Assembly: GCF_032062105.1 (NCBI RefSeq)
Contig: NW_026940900.1
Coordinates: forward strand, 1-64,000
From: Saccostrea cucullata
Taxonomy: Eukaryota
Direction: 5' to 3'
DNA length: 64,000 nt
In this document: in pieces, positions 60,855 to 64,000 of the stretch
Layout of the letters: the number at the start of each line of letters is the position of its first letter
Position numbering within the stretch: the first letter of the stretch is position 1
Made by a program: the position numbers and the translations under genes
Notes under the pieces: generated by a model
The model's database searches: none
The model's input: only the letters and a program-made list of their open reading frames with translations
Told to the model about the DNA's origin: nothing

Positions 60855-63557
60855 ATGTTTTCCTTTTTCCAACAGAATATTCGGGAGCTGAGACGATCTC
60901 CTTTCTTTAACAAGGGATTGCCTTTGATGGTACTTCTATACTTTTTTGAGCGTTGACACGACAGGACTGACCAGTGAAAAACCGATTGATTTAAATTTAT
61001 TTTATAGGCAAACATCTGTACAATTCAATTCAATTAATTTATTGACCAGTTAAGGGCCCTCATGGGGCGAGAAAAAAGTTAATTGTTAACATTTGTATAT
61101 AATAGTTATTATAACCATAAACATACCATACAGTACAATAAAATTCAGAAACTGAGAAAGCTCAAATCTGAAATCTCTAATCAGTATTGAAGAAATAAAG
61201 CCATTCCGGCCTGAATATATATATATAATAATATATATTTTTTTTTTTTGGTATTAATTGATAGCTTTGATATGCTGACACAGTTAATAAAGTTTTATCA
61301 CATGAAAATGTATGAGCAAATTGCAATTTTTAATTTTTTTTAATATCATGTTTTCGATTTCAGCTGTTTGTACTGACAGGTGCAGCAATATTGGTCCAAA
61401 CACAAAAACTTGTATACAGAAAAAGAGACAAAAAGAAGTCTTCAGTAAGTGTAATTTAAGACTGTCATCAAAATCATTTATTTCTTTTTTTTTAAATTCA
61501 GCGTAATAATTCTAAATAATCTTCTTCTTCCTATGAAGTGAAGGGCCGCTGCTGCGGCATTTTCTCACTTTGAAAATATGTGAATTGTAAGATAGGTAGG
61601 TTTTTTTTTTAAATTGTACTGGTAATGTACGAGTCATAACGCAAAATTTTCATTCTTTCTTCTCTCAGATTTCATTTATACAAAACAGACACTGCTATTT
61701 ATTTGTTTATTCACATTTTTAGCTCTACTGGTCAGAGACCAGGAGAGCTTATGCGAGTTAATAAAGTTTTGTCTGTCTGTCTGTCTGTAAACAATTTTTC
61801 AAAATGCTACTCCTCCTACAGTTTTGGTCCGAATTTCAATATAACTTGGCACACAAGTAGACTACACTAAGATACATAATTTTGTGCATCGGTTTTTGAT
61901 TTCAATGAACGGTGTTGCCGTGGTTACTAAAAATAGAAATTTCTGTGAAATTCTTTCAAAATGCTACTCCTCCTACAGTTTTGGTCTGATTTCAATATAA
62001 CTTGGCACAAAAGTAGAATACACTAAGATACATAATTCTGTGCATCGGTTTTTGATTTCGATGAATGGTGTTGCCGTGGTTACTAAAAATAGAAATTTCT
62101 TTGAAATTCTTTCAAAATGCTACTCCTCCTACAGTTTTGGTCCAATTTCAATATTTCTTGGCACACAAGTAGACTACACTAAAATACATAATTCTGTGCA
62201 TCGGTTTTTGATTTCGATGAACGGTGTTGCCGTGGTTACTAAAAATAGAAATTTCTGTGAAATTCTTTCAAAATGCTATCTTCCTACAGATTTGGTCCGA
62301 TTTCAGTATAACTTGGCACACAAGTAGACTACACTAAGATACATAATTCTGTGCATCGGTTTTTGATTTCGGTAAACGGTGTTGCCGTGATTACTAAAAA
62401 TAGAAATTTCTGTGAAATTCTTTCAAAATGCTACTCCTCCTACAGTTTTGGTCCAATTTCATTATAACTTGGCACAAAAGTAGACTACTAAGTTACATAA
62501 TTCTGTGCATCGGTTTTTGATTTCGATAAACGGTGTTGCCATGGTTACTAAAAATAGAAATTTCTGTGAAATTCTTTCAAAATGCTACTCCTCCTACAGT
62601 TTTGGTCTGATTTTGATATAACTTGGCATACAAGTAGACTACACTAAGATACATAATTCTGTGCATCGGTTTTTGATTTCAATGAACAATGTTGCCATGG
62701 TTACTAAAAATAGAAATTTCTGTGAAATTCTTTCAAAATGCTACTCCTCCTACAGTTTTGGTCTGATTTCAGTATAACTTGGCACACAAGTAGACTATAC
62801 TAAGATACATAATTCTGTGCATTGGTTTTTATTTTGATGAGTGGCAAGGACCATTTTTCTATTTATTGCTGATTTAAAGTCTCAAGTCCCAACTGCTACT
62901 TTTCTCTTCCTTTGTTTTAAGTATAAACCAGTAGAGCTACAGTCTCGACAGAGACTTCTGGTTCCTATTATATTATTTAATTCTTTCTGATATTATATAA
63001 GAAATTATTTGTTCCCTTAACTTTTAGCTTCTGTCAGATAGAGAAACCCAGAAATTTTTTGAAGAAATTGGAGAAGTAAAAACATTACAACAACTTCAAA
63101 AAGTAAGTCAGTGTTTATTGAACAATCATATTACAGCTTCTTGTAATGTTTAAGACAAGGACCTTTTCTCACATTAGATTTACTGAATTATTTGTGTGAC
63201 AAGCAAAAGTTGATAATTCATAGCTTATCTTTTTTGTAATTGACCTTTTATTCTCTGTTATTTGCTACATCAAGTATGAACGGGCTATTCAGTGGAACAT
63301 TATATTTTGTTTTACTTACTCAGGAAACCCAGAAGCATGGTCAGCTAGATAAATGGGCTAACTTTCGCGGGCCTCGGCCCGATGATGATAACTCCATGAA
63401 AACCTTCATGAAGATCAAAGAGGAGGGTGACAGAGAAGCCGCAGCCAAAAACAAACGATTGAGGAGCAGTGAAGATTACAAAAAACAACAGGAAGTTAAA
63501 AGAAAGTTTTACGAAACGATTCAACATCAGCAGGATATTGCAATGAAAAATAAGTGA
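60855..63557 (+). CDS. COX16: Cytochrome c oxidase assembly protein COX16 homolog, 154 aa. Exons 60855-60929, 61364-61444, 63028-63102, 63324-63557
   Basis: MFSFFQQNIRELRRSPFFNKGLPLM/LFVLTGAAILVQTQKLVYRKRDKKKSS/LLSDRETQKFFEEIGEVKTLQQLQK/ETQKHGQLDKWANFRGPRPDDD... has the N-terminal TM G-x-P motif and the COX16 signature (human DDWKNIRGPRPWED). Four phase-0 exons. AATAAA at 63913. Confidence 0.85.
61717..62965. mobile_element. HINE/Helentron element carrying ~6.6 tandem 156-bp units, in COX16 intron 2
   Basis: Subterminal inverted repeats AGCTCTACTGGT / ACCAGTAGAGCT, a (GTCT)n microsatellite and 3' hairpin AGTCTC-GACA-GAGACT. Units TCAAAATGCTACTCCTCC at 61799, 61956, 62112, 62268, 62423, 62577 and 62733. 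Confidence 0.9.
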
Positions 63558-64000
63558 AGTTCTTTAAGTATGATTGATATATAGTATTTTTAAAGTGAAG
63601 GATTGTGTGGAACAAAGCTTTATTTACTTAGGCTGTGTTTCCATAATTGCATTTTTGAATGTGTGAAAGATAATTGAAAACGTAAGATGTATATATGTAA
63701 TATTTGATTAAAGTGAAAATGTTGAGTGCACTACAATCTTTCATTCATGTGAAATACCTTTACAGTATAATATTGTGAAATGATGTACAGTCAGTGAACA
63801 ATATTTTCTTTCAGCTTTCAATTGTTGACTTTTTTTTAGCACTGAAGTGTATATTGTATTTCCAATGGAAAAGATATTTTTTGTAGCACTTGTTTGTGTT
63901 AATGCAATCTGCAATAAAAGATTTCAAAATACTTTATAGGAATTTGTTATTCTCCTTTCTTTTTATTTCAAGGTCTTTTTAATGTCTGGTTATGAAAAAT

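Noticed and set aside
61797-62830. Repeat-encoded ORF 62040-62327 or CRISPR-like array
   Set aside because: It is a tandem satellite inside a HINE; the ORF is incidental.

Overview
AT-rich, intron-containing animal DNA, most likely a bivalve mollusc and probably an oyster (inferred from Cg170-like ~166-bp repeats in HINE/Helentron elements and oyster-type tRNA SINEs). Most of the window is a cluster of paralogous secreted modular genes: signal peptide, SBSPON-type somatomedin-B (SMB) domain, an optional furin micro-exon plus vWA, many one-exon EGF modules, then two vWA domains ending in C-x-x-R-[VI]-N-A*. Members are gene A (3' end, 1-2067, +), gene B (25177-35737, -, 18 EGF exons) and gene C (37189-52469, +), with B and C head-to-head, plus three partial copies and one relic first exon. 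A ~9-10 kb tandem duplication (776-~9520 and 9743-~19590) carries two intact DUF268 SAM-methyltransferase-like type II membrane genes. Manual splicing recovers two genes the ORF track does not assemble: COX16 (60855-63557, +, with a C-terminal extension) and an unrecognised 135-aa gene (56435-59318, -). Mobile DNA includes a decayed intron-containing PIF/Harbinger transposase, an internally deleted RTE LINE, a solo LTR, several HINEs, tRNA SINEs, hAT and other MITEs, and a 720-bp foldback. All exon coordinates were read by eye and no database searches were run.
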